Positions 13,901-46,255 of a stretch of DNA of 64,000 nt are shown in pieces; the first letter of the stretch is position 1, and every line of letters begins with the position of its first letter. The stretch comes from Eledone cirrhosa. Taxonomy: Eukaryota. The DNA lies in contig OZ024747.1 of the NCBI GenBank assembly GCA_964016885.1, positions 7,688,001 through 7,752,000 of the forward strand. The letters are read 5' to 3'. The notes under the pieces were generated by a model. The model did not search any database and was not told the DNA's origin. It saw nothing but the letters and a program-made list of their open reading frames with translations. Both the position numbers and the translations under genes were made by a program.

Positions 13901-15370
13901 CCAATGTGGATGCGTGACAGAGGAATGGGTGAAAGAGGTGGCTTGAGAGACAGGGATGGACCTCGTGATAGAGATATGCTTCGTGACAGGGATGGGCCTC
14001 GTGACAGGGATGATGCTTGGAGCAGTGATCGACCTATGTCAAGAAATACAGATGACTTCCGGGAAAAGTCTGGAAAGTCGTTGAGCAGTTGGCGAGGTGG
14101 TGAAAGACGAGAGGAGAGAGGACCTCCAGGCCGTGATTCAGATTGGGGCAGGCGAGGTGAGTAGACTTGTTTTGTTTGAAACTTGTATTTTCAAGTTTTC
14201 TCATATTGCTGTCTATAATAAACCTACTTTTGTACTGCTAATGTCTCAAATCTTTTATTTTTCACAGGAGCTGATCGTGGTCCACCTAGTTTTAACACTC
14301 CTTCACGTGGAGAAGGAAATTCACCACGAAATTGGCGATCAACAGGTGGTGGTCCTGGTGGTGGTGGTAGTGCTGGTACTGGTACTGGTACTGGTGGAGG
14401 TATGTTATTGTATATACTTCACAACTTATTTTGATTGGTTTGAAATAAATGATATCTGTATTTGAATTAATCTCAATATATTATGGCTATCAATGCTCCC
14501 TTAGAGTATTTAATGGTGTGTGTGAGGTAGTGTACAAAATGTAAATACACTTATGCCATGATTATCCAAATGAGATGGGGGGGGGGGGGGGGGGGGAATA
14601 ACTGATCTGATTGTAAATATTTAAAAAAAAAAACTGAATCAGCAGTCATTATAGCATTGGAAAATTTGATTTGCAAGACCAAATTTTGGCTTTTATTTTT
14701 TCGGAGTTGATAAAATAAATACCAGCCCAGAGCAGTGTGTTGGTGGAATTGAATTAAGTGTCAGAAATGTACAGTGGTATTTGTTCCTGCTTTTTTTTCA
14801 AACCTGTGTTAGGCTTCATGTGTCACCTGGTACGTTGGGTTTGTTTAGCAGTATCTACCTTGTGGGCATTAAAACTAGGTCTCTTGTTTGACACACCACC
14901 CTTCTCCCTCTCTCTCTCTCTCTTTGGCTGAACAATAAAAAAAAAGTCTACTATAATCTGGTTTCTTGTTTTTTGCTAATGCTATTACCATCTAAGTTCC
15001 TTGTTCTCTTTCTGTCAATTCAACTAGTGCTGCAGTCTTGTTCCTCAACATCTGTGCATAATCTACTACAATTACATCCTTTCAAACATTGAGATTTCTA
15101 AAATTAGATATAAAATTGACATTTCAAAGGAAAGAAAAGAGTGTGGTGAATTAACCCTTTAGCATTTAAACCAGCTGTATTCAGCCAGAATTTTCTCACC
15201 TCTTTTCTTTTCAAACTGGCCGTTCATATTGATTTTAAGGCATTGTTCTCAAAATAAATAGTATATATAGAGTAATGTAAATACTAACGGGTTAAATAAT
15301 ATTATTCTTGATATTTTATTTTTCAGGCCGTGGAGAAGACGATGATGGCTGGACTACTGTACGACACTAA
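1448..15370 (+). CDS. EIF3A: Eukaryotic translation initiation factor 3 subunit A; 5'-partial (first exons lie upstream of the window), 17 exons
   Basis: GT-AG exons with consistent phases: 1448-1797, 1990-2161, 3022-3213, 3998-4114, 5936-6121, 6738-6875, 7629-7838, 8134-8238, 8794-8907, 9114-9236, 9397-9550, 10760-10916, 12866-13042, 13352-13600, 13687-14156, 14268-14399, 15327-15370 (TAA). Translation shows eIF3a hallmarks: [50 protein letters not shown] region [30 protein letters not shown], an E/R/K coiled coil, an RD/GP-rich tail and terminal [10 protein letters not shown]. Confidence 0.97.
4214..5645 (+). mobile_element. Internally deleted piggyBac DNA transposon (PGBD4-like transposase remnant ~4442-5105)
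   Basis: TTAA TSDs at 4210-4213 and 5646-5649; 14-bp TIR CCCTTTAGCATTCA/TGAATGCTAAAGGG. Acidic N-terminus [13 protein letters not shown], then [52 protein letters not shown] with frameshifts and stops; the DDD core is missing. Confidence 0.92.
5782..5902 (-). pseudogene. Decayed copy of part of RPP30 exon 3 and its donor-side intron, with a 20-bp microinversion
   Basis: Colinear with 31985-32110 (TACACAAAA..GTTA.ACTTAC[20 nt]GTATTTTCAATTTAT..GTAAGA); 5845-5864 is the reverse complement of 32049-32068 at 18/20 identity. Confidence 0.75.
7844..7916. repeat. (CT)n microsatellite immediately after an eIF3a donor site
   Basis: gtgag followed by ~35 TC units. Confidence 0.95.
8336..8500 (+). mobile_element. 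Second abundant SINE family (GAGTTCAAATCC..GAGGTCAACTTTGCCTTTCATCC..GATAAAATAAAGTACCAG type)
   Basis: Related copies at ~25560-25790 (-), 26900-27080 (-), 27910-28050 (-), 54800-55030 (-), 56645-56730, 58340-58490 and 62985-63090 (-). Confidence 0.65.
11167..11300 (+). ncRNA. H/ACA box snoRNA-like gene, copy 1 (eIF3a intron)
   Basis: Hairpin 1 (GGAAACTGTTGGA..TCCAACACAGTTTCC), H box ACATTA at 11228-11233, hairpin 2 (TGAGG/CCTCA lower stem, AGAAGT-GACC/GGTC-AACTTCT upper stem, pocket CCTTTTC/TCATTCCA), ACA at 11295-11297 lying 14 nt from the pocket apex; ~134 nt; sense to the host gene. Confidence 0.7.
12181..12314 (+). ncRNA. H/ACA box snoRNA-like gene, copy 2 (same eIF3a intron)
   Basis: Near-identical to 11167-11300; H box ACATTA at 12242-12247, ACA at 12309-12311; stems are retained. 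Confidence 0.68.
15155..15291. mobile_element. piggyBac-type MITE
   Basis: ttaa|CCCTTTAGCATTTA...TAAATACTAACGGG|ttaa; TIR matches the 4214 element. Confidence 0.75.
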
Positions 15371-15945
15371 TGTTTGCTGCCAGCACTGTTGTCAACTAAT
15401 TAATGATATTACAAAACGGATTTATTGTCCCCAACATCGTCGCCGTATTATTACTACTACTACTACAGCTCTTTGACAGACTGCTCCTGTAGACAAGAGT
15501 CAGATACACATGATACCAAACTGAATTTTATGATTACTACTACTACTACTACTGCTAACTTTTTTTTGTAACTTCTAATTTACGAGTTTTAATTTCAGAA
15601 TTTTCCTTCTTGTCTTCCTGTATAGGGAGGTAAAACATCAAGGACAATGTCCAGTCTATTTGGCCCCTTAACAACTGGCTGTATACCTTCTCTACCTCCC
15701 TATATCAGCTGACTATATTAACCCTGCTTCTATCAAATTGCTAGGTCAACAACAATAAATATAATAATAAAGTTCATTTTTTTTTTCTTTTCTTTTCTTT
15801 TAATACATTTAACTAAATTTATTGTACTATAATACATATATATACACACATAGATAGGCACACACACATAATATATATATATGGGGCTCTTGTATTTTTT
15901 TTTGTTACCTTTTGATTTTAATGTGTTTAAATGTATAAACAATTC

Positions 15946-15951
15946 AATAAA
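15946..15951 (+). terminator. Candidate polyadenylation signal of eIF3a
   Basis: AATAAA ~575 nt after the stop with T-rich downstream sequence; an alternative AATAAA lies at ~15753. Confidence 0.45.
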
Positions 15952-17477
15952 ACTGAAACTTTGAAACAATTTATTTTATATGAATGATTTTCAAAATGAC
16001 CCTGAGAAGCTGTAAAAAGTGGTTATCTTAAAAGCTTACAAATGGTTTGTGTATTAAAAAGTTCAGTATCCTGTATGTAAGTGGTTAAGTAGTTTGCCTT
16101 GCCTTGCAATCCCAGTTATATATCATCGTCGTCATTGTTTAACGTCTATCTTCCATGCTAGCATGGGTAAGACGAGAGATCTGGTAAGGGGACCGTGATG
16201 CCCTTCCTAACGCCAACCATAGTTACAGTGGTGGCATCTCATGACAACAAAAGCGACTGCCCTCGTGTCAAACGTATAGTTTTGTCAGTTAAGTTTAACA
16301 AAGTATGTTAGCTGTAAAGTAGTTTGCAGTCATGCATCCCCACTACACAACACCTGGAGCAATGTCTTGTGATAGTCTTGGTGGGCAAAAACTTATGATG
16401 CATGTGGATACAGTATTAAGATCAGCCTTCACTACTACTTCCACAGGTTCTTCATAATTGAATTGTTTGGCTACCTTCTTTTGTAGTACTTTTGTTCTCT
16501 CTGATGGACATTTGGACTATAGTCACTAATAGAAAACCGTTTCACACATGTACAAGTTTTTGTTATGAGATATTCATCATCGTTTAACGTTCATTTTCCA
16601 TATTAGCATGAGTAGGACGGGCTGCCCTGCCTGACTTCATATCCTTGATTGCCTTACTTGCTATACTACTGCTAACATGTACAGCCGGTACCTCTGTTGG
16701 GTCGACATGTGACTAACTTTCTTCTTCCTATGCATTCTCCTCATTTATTGTGGCACCTCCATGCTACCTTCTTTTCAGCGTTAGTGAGGGCAAGTTCGCC
16801 AAAATCATTTCAGACATCATCTTCCCTGAACACCTCACACCAATACAGTGAATATAGACATTTGTGTGTTACAAGTTAATTATGAGGTTTGGTAGATAAG
16901 TTGCGTTTTTTTTTTTTTTAATGGGTGATTTTAAAAACCTGCAAAAGATTGGTTCCATGTCCTTTACATATTCTAACTGCAACAAATTGATTACCTTCCC
17001 TGTCATACTCTATTGCAACATTCTTGTTCCTGTGTCAGACAACTACAAATATTAAATTAGCCATAAGACTGAAAACTGAAATTAGGCTAACAGGTGTAAT
17101 TAATAGAATATCAACAAAGGTTTATATAACTGGTACATTTTATTGATCAAGGATGGATGAAATGCAAAAACTTAATGTTAAAGGGGCAGAAAACTGTTCT
17201 GACCCCTACCATATATCAGTTTCGTTTGACGGTATGAAGTTATCCACCTCTAGTTTGGGGTAATGGAAAAGTTGAGGCATTCATGATTTTCTCAAGCAGT
17301 ATTAAGTAACATAGATTGACTGGACCCTTTGTTCAACAGAAACTTATTCTACAGCAAACAACTCACAAAAACTAGAATTGGATTGCTTGTATTATGTACC
17401 AAACAAGGGTTTCTAATCTCCTCCCCGCTTTCAAAGAAAGGGCTTAATTGATTCAATATATCACTGACTTTATTTAA

Positions 17478-17818
17478 CCATTTAACATTTACACCAGCCG
17501 TATCATCTCACCTCTTTCTGTTCAAACTGGCCACTCATACAGATGTTTAGGTATTGTTCTCAAAATCTCAGATTCAATATTATGTGAGGTAAAGCCTTTA
17601 CTGTGAAAATACCAACAACCATCAGCAGGAATTTGGGGACTAGCTGTGCACAGGAAAAAAGTCTGAAGTTTCTGCCAAAATTCTCTCAACTCTTTCTATT
17701 CAAACCGGCTGTAACACCTACATTAAGGTATTGTTCTCAAAATCTCAATATTATGTGAGATAAAGCCTTTACCACAAAATTGCTATAGTAAATATAGACT
17801 GATGTAAATGCTAACCGG
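17478..17818. mobile_element. piggyBac-type MITE (diverged, with internal duplication)
   Basis: ttaa|CCATTTAACATTTA...TAAATGCTAACCGG|ttaa; internal sequence shared with the 15155 and 29588 copies. Confidence 0.65.
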
Positions 17819-18217
17819 TTAAACTTCATAAAGAACTGATATAGGAATTTCGTATTTTACATTTGAGCTAGAGGAGGGCCAAAGAACTACAAATAGCTTT
17901 GGCACAAATTCGAAAGGACCCGATTACAGGTACCTTTTTATGCACCTAGATATGAACTCAAAATGAAGGGATATAAGTAAAGGTAATTTTAGTCTGCCAC
18001 TTCACTACCATCCTAAGGGAAACCTATTATAAATACCTTTTTTATTCACCCCCTGCTCATTTCTCTCTTACCCTTCCAGAGTTGATCTCAAAATGAAGGT
18101 AATTTTAGTCTGCCTTTTCCCTACCACCCTAGGGCAAACCCCTATAATTATTAAAATGTATGTGTGTGTGGGAGGGGTCTGTACAAATATGTGGGCAAAA
18201 GGGGGGGAAGTCCCCCA

Positions 18218-38459
<20,242 letters not shown>

Positions 38460-39196
38460 CTTCGGGGTTTATTTTTACTTATTTCAATACAGACTCAGCC
38501 GGCTGAGAAACAACGTGAAAGGAAGTCGGGGAAATGAAAATAAACATTAATCAAAACAAAAAAAAGAAAAGAGCTCAAGGGAGATAACTCAATAGATTGC
38601 ATTAAGGAATTATTTCACCATGCCATTTTAACACCACATTCTATTACTACTCACTCGTAATATCTTCTTCGTATTGACAGAAAAAAAAGTCAGTTGTTAC
38701 TGTTTTTACCCAATAAGGCCTAACTACGTGCAGTTAAAGGGTATACCATTGACAATACGAAAATAAAAACAATTAATTATTGTTAGGAAGAAAATGCATC
38801 CTTCCCCGAAATATTTACACTATACTATACTCTGCTAAACAATGGTCTTACTAGTTTAAACTGGTAAAATCCTGATATATATATATTCAATATTTACAAT
38901 GGCAAGACATTTTTGTATTGTCGCAATTGCTTGCTTCAAACTTGCAAGTTCACCTTCCTTTAAAAGAACGAGCTCAATTAAATCTTGTCTATTTTTTCTT
39001 CAGCTCTTTGATTGGTGTTCTGTTGACCATTTTAGGTATTATCTTAGTGAAATTATGTAATAATTGCACCGAAAATTGGCAAAGTAAAAACTTTACATAA
39101 AGCTACATTAGAGAACGGTGTTACATCCTGGTTAAGAAAAATTATTTTAAAGAAAGGTATATATAATATATACATACTGCGTATAATATATACAGG

Positions 39197-39248
<52 letters not shown>

Positions 39249-39763
39249 GCTATATATATATATATATATATATGAATGTTTTCTATACCTTTCATTTATA
39301 TATATATGAATGTGTAATTTAAAGATCCCTTTAAGTAAAAGTAAGAGTTGACATAAGGAAATGTCTTTCCCTTTAACAAGCCAACGAGGAAACCCTAATA
39401 CAAATGAATAGGGTGAATCTGACGAGATGTGTTTTCGTTTTCTTATTTCGTGCTCTAATGTCCAAAATTCCCGTTACAGGCATGTGGATAAGCGAGGTAT
39501 ATTAAGAAAACATCATGTTACAACCACGCAGGTACACTCGACTCACTCGTCCCTCTTCGTTTCATCACCTATGATGTGTCCAACACTTCAGGCCCATACA
39601 AACCACGTTGCTCAGTACGAGCAGCCCAGAACGTCTGTCTTCTCATGCAATTCTTGCATTTAATTTAATTCAGCCCCCTGCCTTCCATCAGATATGTTGG
39701 AGCGAACACATTAATTCTCTCCTCTTTGTATATATATATATATAGAGAGAGAGAGAGTGAGAT

Positions 39764-41990
39764 ATCATCATCATCATTTTTATGTCCGTTTTTCCATGCT
39801 TGCATGGGTTGGATAGGTTCTTTTCAGCACAGCATCTCTCCACTCATTGCGTTCCTTCATCAACTCCTCTGTGAGTCTCAGCAATTTGAGATTGGCTCTC
39901 ACCACCTCCACCCAGGTCTTTCTTGCTCTACCTCTACTGTGGCTTCCTATCACTGGGATTTCATGGCAATTCTTCACCCAGTGATCATCATCCATGCACA
40001 TCACATGCCTGTACTAACTCAGTCTTCTCTGTTTCACACTGTTTTGGATTCTTCTTAAACCCAGTTTCTCCAGTCTTTGCCTTTCTATCACATTTACATT
40101 GTATATCCAATGAAACATGGTAGTTTCATTTCTCTCCAGCCTACACAGTCACTGTCCATGTTTTGCTACCATGCATCATCACACTTCACACTCTGGTATC
40201 ACACAGCCGTCCTTTTATATATAAGGAGAAACCGTTTGTTGTCAACAGTGGGAGTAGCTTTCTTATTCTAGCTATTATGCTCTTGGAGCACCCTCCTCTG
40301 CCGCTAATTAGGTCACCTAGGTAGCAGAAGCTATCAACCATTTCTATGGATACTTCATGTGATTGGAAAAGATTTCTATCACTGGCACTCTTCCTCTTGA
40401 TTACCTCTGTGCATCTTCTACAAACAAAGCCTTCCTTTTCTGTTATCCCACTACATCTCTTGTGTACCACTTCTCTGAAGGAATAAGTGTCATAGCATTT
40501 TAGTTTTGGCTAAGTTTATTCTCAGCCTTTTTGATTCCAAAGGTCTTTTCTAGATCAGTCATTGGGTAGGACTCCCTCCTATATTATCTGATAGACTATG
40601 AAGGTTATTAGTTCAGATACTACTTCTCCCAATGCTTTTAGCATCTCAGCAACTATCTCTGATGGTGCTGCAGCTTTATCATTCTTCATCTCCTTGATTG
40701 CTTCTTTGGCCCCAAAACTGTCAACTTCAATAGCTGGTCCCTCTGTTGGGTAAGTTGAGGGCAGTTTCTCTTCTTCCCATTCATTCTCTACATTTATCAG
40801 TCTCTCTAGGCCTTTTTCCTTTGAGCATCAGTGGTGGTAAGTCCACCAGTATCATTTCTAACACACTTTTCCCGAACAACATCCTGATTCACACTGACAC
40901 ACTACTTTGCAATGCAGAACAATTCATGTCTTTGGTCCTTACCTTCCAAGACATTGGCAAACTTTCTTTCTTCAGCCTCTTTCCTAGCTCTATTTATACC
41001 TATTGTCTATCTTCTCTCTTAGCTACCTGGTACTGGTCTCTGCTACCCCCATTTTTCTAGTCTTTCCATGTTCCACAACTAGGTCACTCTCTGTCTAGCT
41101 GGGACTTTGTTCTAACAAGTCTCATCAGTAGTTTGCAATAGGTTGTCACGTAAGAATTTCCAATTGTCCTCTATGTCATATGCATCTAACCTTCTCATCA
41201 AATGCACCCCCGTAGAACCTTTCTAAATTTATATTTAGCAGTCAGGTCTTTTAGCTTCCAAGCCTTCCATCTCTAAATTTTCCTGTGTATCTTGTTTCAT
41301 CTTGTGTTTATCCTGATGTCACTAATAACAAATTTGTGTTGGGCAGCACATTCTTTCCTAGGGAAAGCCTTAGCATTTATTACTGTCTGGCTCTCTCGTC
41401 TTACAAGTAAGAAATCAATTTGGCTCATGTGTTCACCTAATTGGTTATGTGATCAAGTGGCTTGCTGGTTTCCTGAAATTTTTGTTGTAAATGGTTAGCT
41501 GCTGTGAACTCCAGTGAATCTATCCTGGTACTGTTCAACATGTCCATTAAAGTCGCCTCCCAAGGTGATGATGTCTCTCTCATCAGTAACTGACGTTGTC
41601 AGTAAAAGTTTTTCATAGAACCTGTCTTTTTGTTTTTTATTCAGTCCTGCCTGTGGTGCATAAATAGATGTAATTGTCACCATTCTATTTCCTACAGCTA
41701 TTCTAAGCTTGATGATTCTGTCATTTACTCTACCTCTATCATCTTATTTATCCATTTCTCAACAAGTAGAATGTCTACATCACTACATCACTTACCCCAT
41801 CATCATTTCCTACTCAATAAGGTTTTATCTATGCTGTTAGCCTGTGATTAGTCTCATTGGGGCACCCCTCCATCTCACTTCTTGTACACAGCACACATCC
41901 ACTTCTCTTCTCTCAAACAGTTTCACAATATCACCTGATTTACCTTTCAGGGTGCCAACATTGAGGGTGGCAGTCCTAAGATTTGTAACT
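39764..41990 (-). mobile_element. Decayed RTE-clade LINE with internal deletions (APE domain, partial RT, PHD-like finger, 3' tail)
   Basis: Minus-strand motifs LRTATLNVGTLKGKSG..VCCVQEVRWRG, ITSIYAPQAG, GGDFNGHV, QIDFLL, VHKRCSGI..FVCRRC, VDSFCYLGDLISGRGGC, GSHSRGRARKTWVEVVRANL; ends in an (ATG)n tail at ~39764-39780. Confidence 0.88.
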
Positions 41991-42324
41991 TGACAGTAGT
42001 TTGTTCCTTGAATAGCAGTTCTTTGTATATATATATATATTCATTTTATTAAGGCTAAATAGTTAGTCTTATTACCCTGGAGTTTCACCGGTTTATCAGA
42101 GGGTCAAAACAAAGGATTGTGAGCTTTCAGTTGTCATGGACACGACAGCCTCTCTTGTGTTGGTGATCTACGCGATAAATGAACTCAGTAAAAGCTGTAA
42201 AGTTGGTGATAGGAAGGGTATCCAGCAGTACAAAGCAGCCAAACAAAGGGTTTTGATATATATATATATATGATATATAAGTATAAATATATATATATAA
42301 ATATATGTATATGATATATATATA

Positions 42325-42368
<44 letters not shown>

Positions 42369-42370
<2 letters not shown>

Positions 42371-42465
42371 GGGTGTCCCAAAAAATGTATACACACTTTG
42401 ATTACCTCTACAGGCAATATTTATTAGAATACTGTTGAAGTGTGTAAACATTGGGGGACACCCTG
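42369..42465. mobile_element. Tiny Tc1/mariner-type MITE
   Basis: TIR CAGGGTGTCCCAAAAAATGTATACACACTT / AAGTGTGTAAACATTGGGGGACACCCTG followed by TA. Confidence 0.7.
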
Positions 42466-42849
42466 TATGAACATATAAGTTTTATATACATATATATGAT
42501 ATTTATATATAAAGGATATATATTATACACATATATATTATGTGTAATGTATATATATCTGTTTATCCATCTATCCTCTCTGACAATATATATGCAGAGT
42601 ACATATAAATGGTTGTTTCGTACTCTGTGTGTTCACCGTCTCCTCTCACTTTTCCACATCCTCATCCGCTTTCCTACTCCAACCATTGCTACTCTTCCTA
42701 CTACTACCATCATTACTACCACCTTTCACTTTACTACTGCCACTACTACCACCCTCCTCACCATATTACCCACTACTGCCACTACGTTTTTCTGTACTAC
42801 AACTACTACCATCAATAGTATCTCAACAGCAGCAGCAGCTGCTGAACAG

Positions 42850-42920
42850 TAGTGACGTCACCAATCTCGCCCGTCCGCTTACGAAAGAAGGGCTTCCCCT
42901 TTTTCTCAGAACTACATCGT
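42850..42920 (+). promoter_or_regulatory. Possible promoter element cluster (CRE plus CCAAT) upstream of a candidate first exon
   Basis: Perfect TGACGTCA directly followed by CCAAT in a locally CpG-retaining patch. Confidence 0.35.
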
Positions 42921-43216
42921 TGGACTGATAGAAGACAGTTAATATCACATCGGTCTGTATATATGTATGTAGATATTTATATAAATATATATATTTAATA
43001 TATATTTATATATACATACATCTAAGGGCACGTACACACACACATTTACAGAGGGAGAGAGAGGAGAAATATTTTGGTGTGTGTGTGTGTGTGAGTGTGT
43101 GTGTATCTATCTAACTATCCATCTACATATAGAGAGAGTGAGAGAGACAAACATATATATCAGTATCTAGTCATATAGAGAGACAAAGAAAGCGAGAGAG
43201 AGACAAGTAAAAAAAA

Positions 43217-43297
43217 ATGTTGTCGGAGAACTTTGCTGCGGTGGAGAGCAGTATGGAAACTTGCAGTGTTGTGGACGAACGGAATGAACAGAAGAGA
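43217..43297 (+). CDS. Candidate first coding exon of a further + strand gene (MLSENFAAVESSMETCSVVDERNEQKR)
   Basis: A-rich context AAAATG, 27 open codons with coding-like composition and a consensus donor AGA|GTAAGT; no downstream exon identified in the window. Confidence 0.35.
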
Positions 43298-43632
43298 GTA
43301 AGTAGACCTTTTAAATTTACCTATCTCTTGTACCTATCTAACAATCGTATGTATCTATCTGTCTCTATATCCTGTTCATTGACATATACCGCGCATCAAT
43401 TACACTTTGATTTACTTGCATATTTGACCACATACGCACACCATATACATATGTGTGTATGTATAGATATAGAAAATCCCGACACTGAGGAAGATGACTA
43501 CCTTGTGTAATGTCTTTTTCACGGTCATATAGCTATATATAAATGTGTGTGCTGTATCTATGTCTCTATATGTATATCTACCTATCTGTATGTCTAGCTA
43601 TGCGTATACGTATATATATATCTATTTATCTA

Positions 43633-43669
<37 letters not shown>

Positions 43670-44155
43670 GAAAAGTATAGAAATTGTTGTAGCGAGAAGC
43701 TAACAGTATTCCATAACATATATGTATATATATATCTTTTGCTGCAAAATGAAACCCCAAACGTGTGAATAGAGATATATGTATTGGGTCTTTAATAACA
43801 AAGCTATTTTCACACGAACACAATAAGTAATATGTGTATATATATTATATATAATTTTTCCTGTGTTTAAATTATCGTCCACTTCAAGATGTACATATAC
43901 CTTGTACAAGCAAGCTGTATTACACACTTCAATATATCTACTGTTTGACTCGGTGTACATACAGCGAATATCAATGTTTGACACAGTATACTTATATACA
44001 CATACACAGTATGTATTAATATATAGATGTGTGTACAAATAAACGTAGGGTATATAATATATTGAGTAAAAGACCGTGCATGTAGGATCGTTGTGTACTG
44101 TATCTGTAGTTAGAACCGCCTTTGAATCAGAAAACTTAAAATATCTGGTCTAAAG

Positions 44156-44192
<37 letters not shown>

Positions 44193-44493
44193 TGTGTGTA
44201 TGTGTATTTATATCTTATAATATATGCATATTATCTATCTATCTATATATACACACACACATAATAGGAAAATTAGACGTTAAATGATGAGTGTATATGT
44301 ATATAACTATATATATGTGTATGTATGTATGTGTATATATATATATATATATAATGTAAGAGGTGAGTTTTATTGTAGCACAATAAAGCAATGCAGATAT
44401 CGGATAAGTAGCACTCTACAGTTTGTAGGACTGGAGTATAAATAATAATAATATAAATATTTAACCATCTTTTGATTAACTATCTTTTGATCT

Positions 44494-44551
<58 letters not shown>

Positions 44552-45427
44552 TGTTGTAGTCGGAAGTGGTTGTTCTTGTTTTTACGCACCGGTCTACACA
44601 CAAATTTATAAATCATACATGTTCCCCCATATTTGTCTCTACGAATGGAAAGTGTGAGATCGTGTTTTGGGTGTTAAAATAGTGGTAGCAAATCTGTGTT
44701 GTGTATGCTAGGTTGGTCCTATTACATAGATATATGGGTGTTATATATATATATATGTGTGTAGAGAGAGAGAGAGATGCTGGCTTAAGCATTCGGAAAT
44801 GTGCATCCCAACGCAAATTACCATAATAATAGTTGAGGAAATAGTGATTATACCTATTTGCATTGGACGCACACATTTTAAATTTCTTGTATATATATAT
44901 ATTATATGCCCCTTTTTGTTCTGGACTGCTTAGTCACCAAAGTACTGCAGTTACTAATGTCTGAGGTGGTGGTCGTTCCCCCTATAAGACTGCCTGTGTG
45001 TAAGTTTTAATTTTTTAAAAAATCGTCTTACTAATTGCTTTAAACGTTCTTCCTACTTCCATCTTTTTGACCATCTAAGTCTATCACATATCGTGTTCAA
45101 ATACGGATTTCCGTATCTGTTGAGATTCTTTGCTGTCTATGTAGTATGCATATAACCACTGCCATGATTGATTTTTTTTTTTTAACTGCGTGTATATGTA
45201 TGTATCTGTGTGTGTGTATACGTATACATACGTATGAATGAATATATATATATATTCGTATGTGGTTGACGACTGGGGAAAAATAATACTCAATACCGAA
45301 GTAGTTTTAATATTTATTTTAAGGCTAAATAGTTTCGCCTGTTTATCACAGGGTCATCAGGCAAGGTCTGATGACTGATAAACAGGCGAAACTCCAGAGT
45401 ATCAAGACTCACTATTTACCCTTAATA

Positions 45428-45461
<34 letters not shown>

Positions 45462-46212
45462 TGTATATTCACACACGTATAAATTCCTTATATTTAGATA
45501 AGACATTATATTTCCTGAATAGATTTAAAATATTTTTGCTCATTTTGATTGTGTATAATATACTCACTAACAAGGCATTTTGAAATATGTGTACATTAAG
45601 TGCACGATTCTTGTGCTCTGTCATGTCTATGCGTCACTATGGGATGGAATATATGTGTATATCTGGACACACCTTTCTGCTATTCTATAACGTAAGACAT
45701 ACCACATTTATTAATTACGTACGCTCTCAGCCACCTGCTAGAAACAGTAGCCAAATCTCCCTCAAATAACTCACCACTGTTTAAGAAAAGGTCATTTGGA
45801 TGATGTGGTCCTACATACACTGTCTTCAAAATAATAATAATGATAATAATAAAAAAACGAAATCACATGGCTAGAATGCCTTTGATCATGTTTCTATCCC
45901 GTAGAAAATATTCATTTTTTTAATCCTCTCCGAACAAAATGGATGTAGCTTGACATGTCCACCCACTAAATGTCTGTACGTCGATAGTAGTTAGTGTGTA
46001 TGGTTTTGAACTAATGAACCATAATATTACTTGGCAATAAGTAGCGATCCTCTGCCTTTCAATATGAATGTCTATATGTATATATAATTGTGTGTGTGAT
46101 CAATAAACGGCAGTTGTACGGACCAAGATGATGTCCAACTGTTACTTGAACTTGACCACTTTCAATACAAAGCTTTACGTTTTGCATGTACGAACACGTA
46201 TGTCTATCTCTC

Positions 46213-46255
<43 letters not shown>

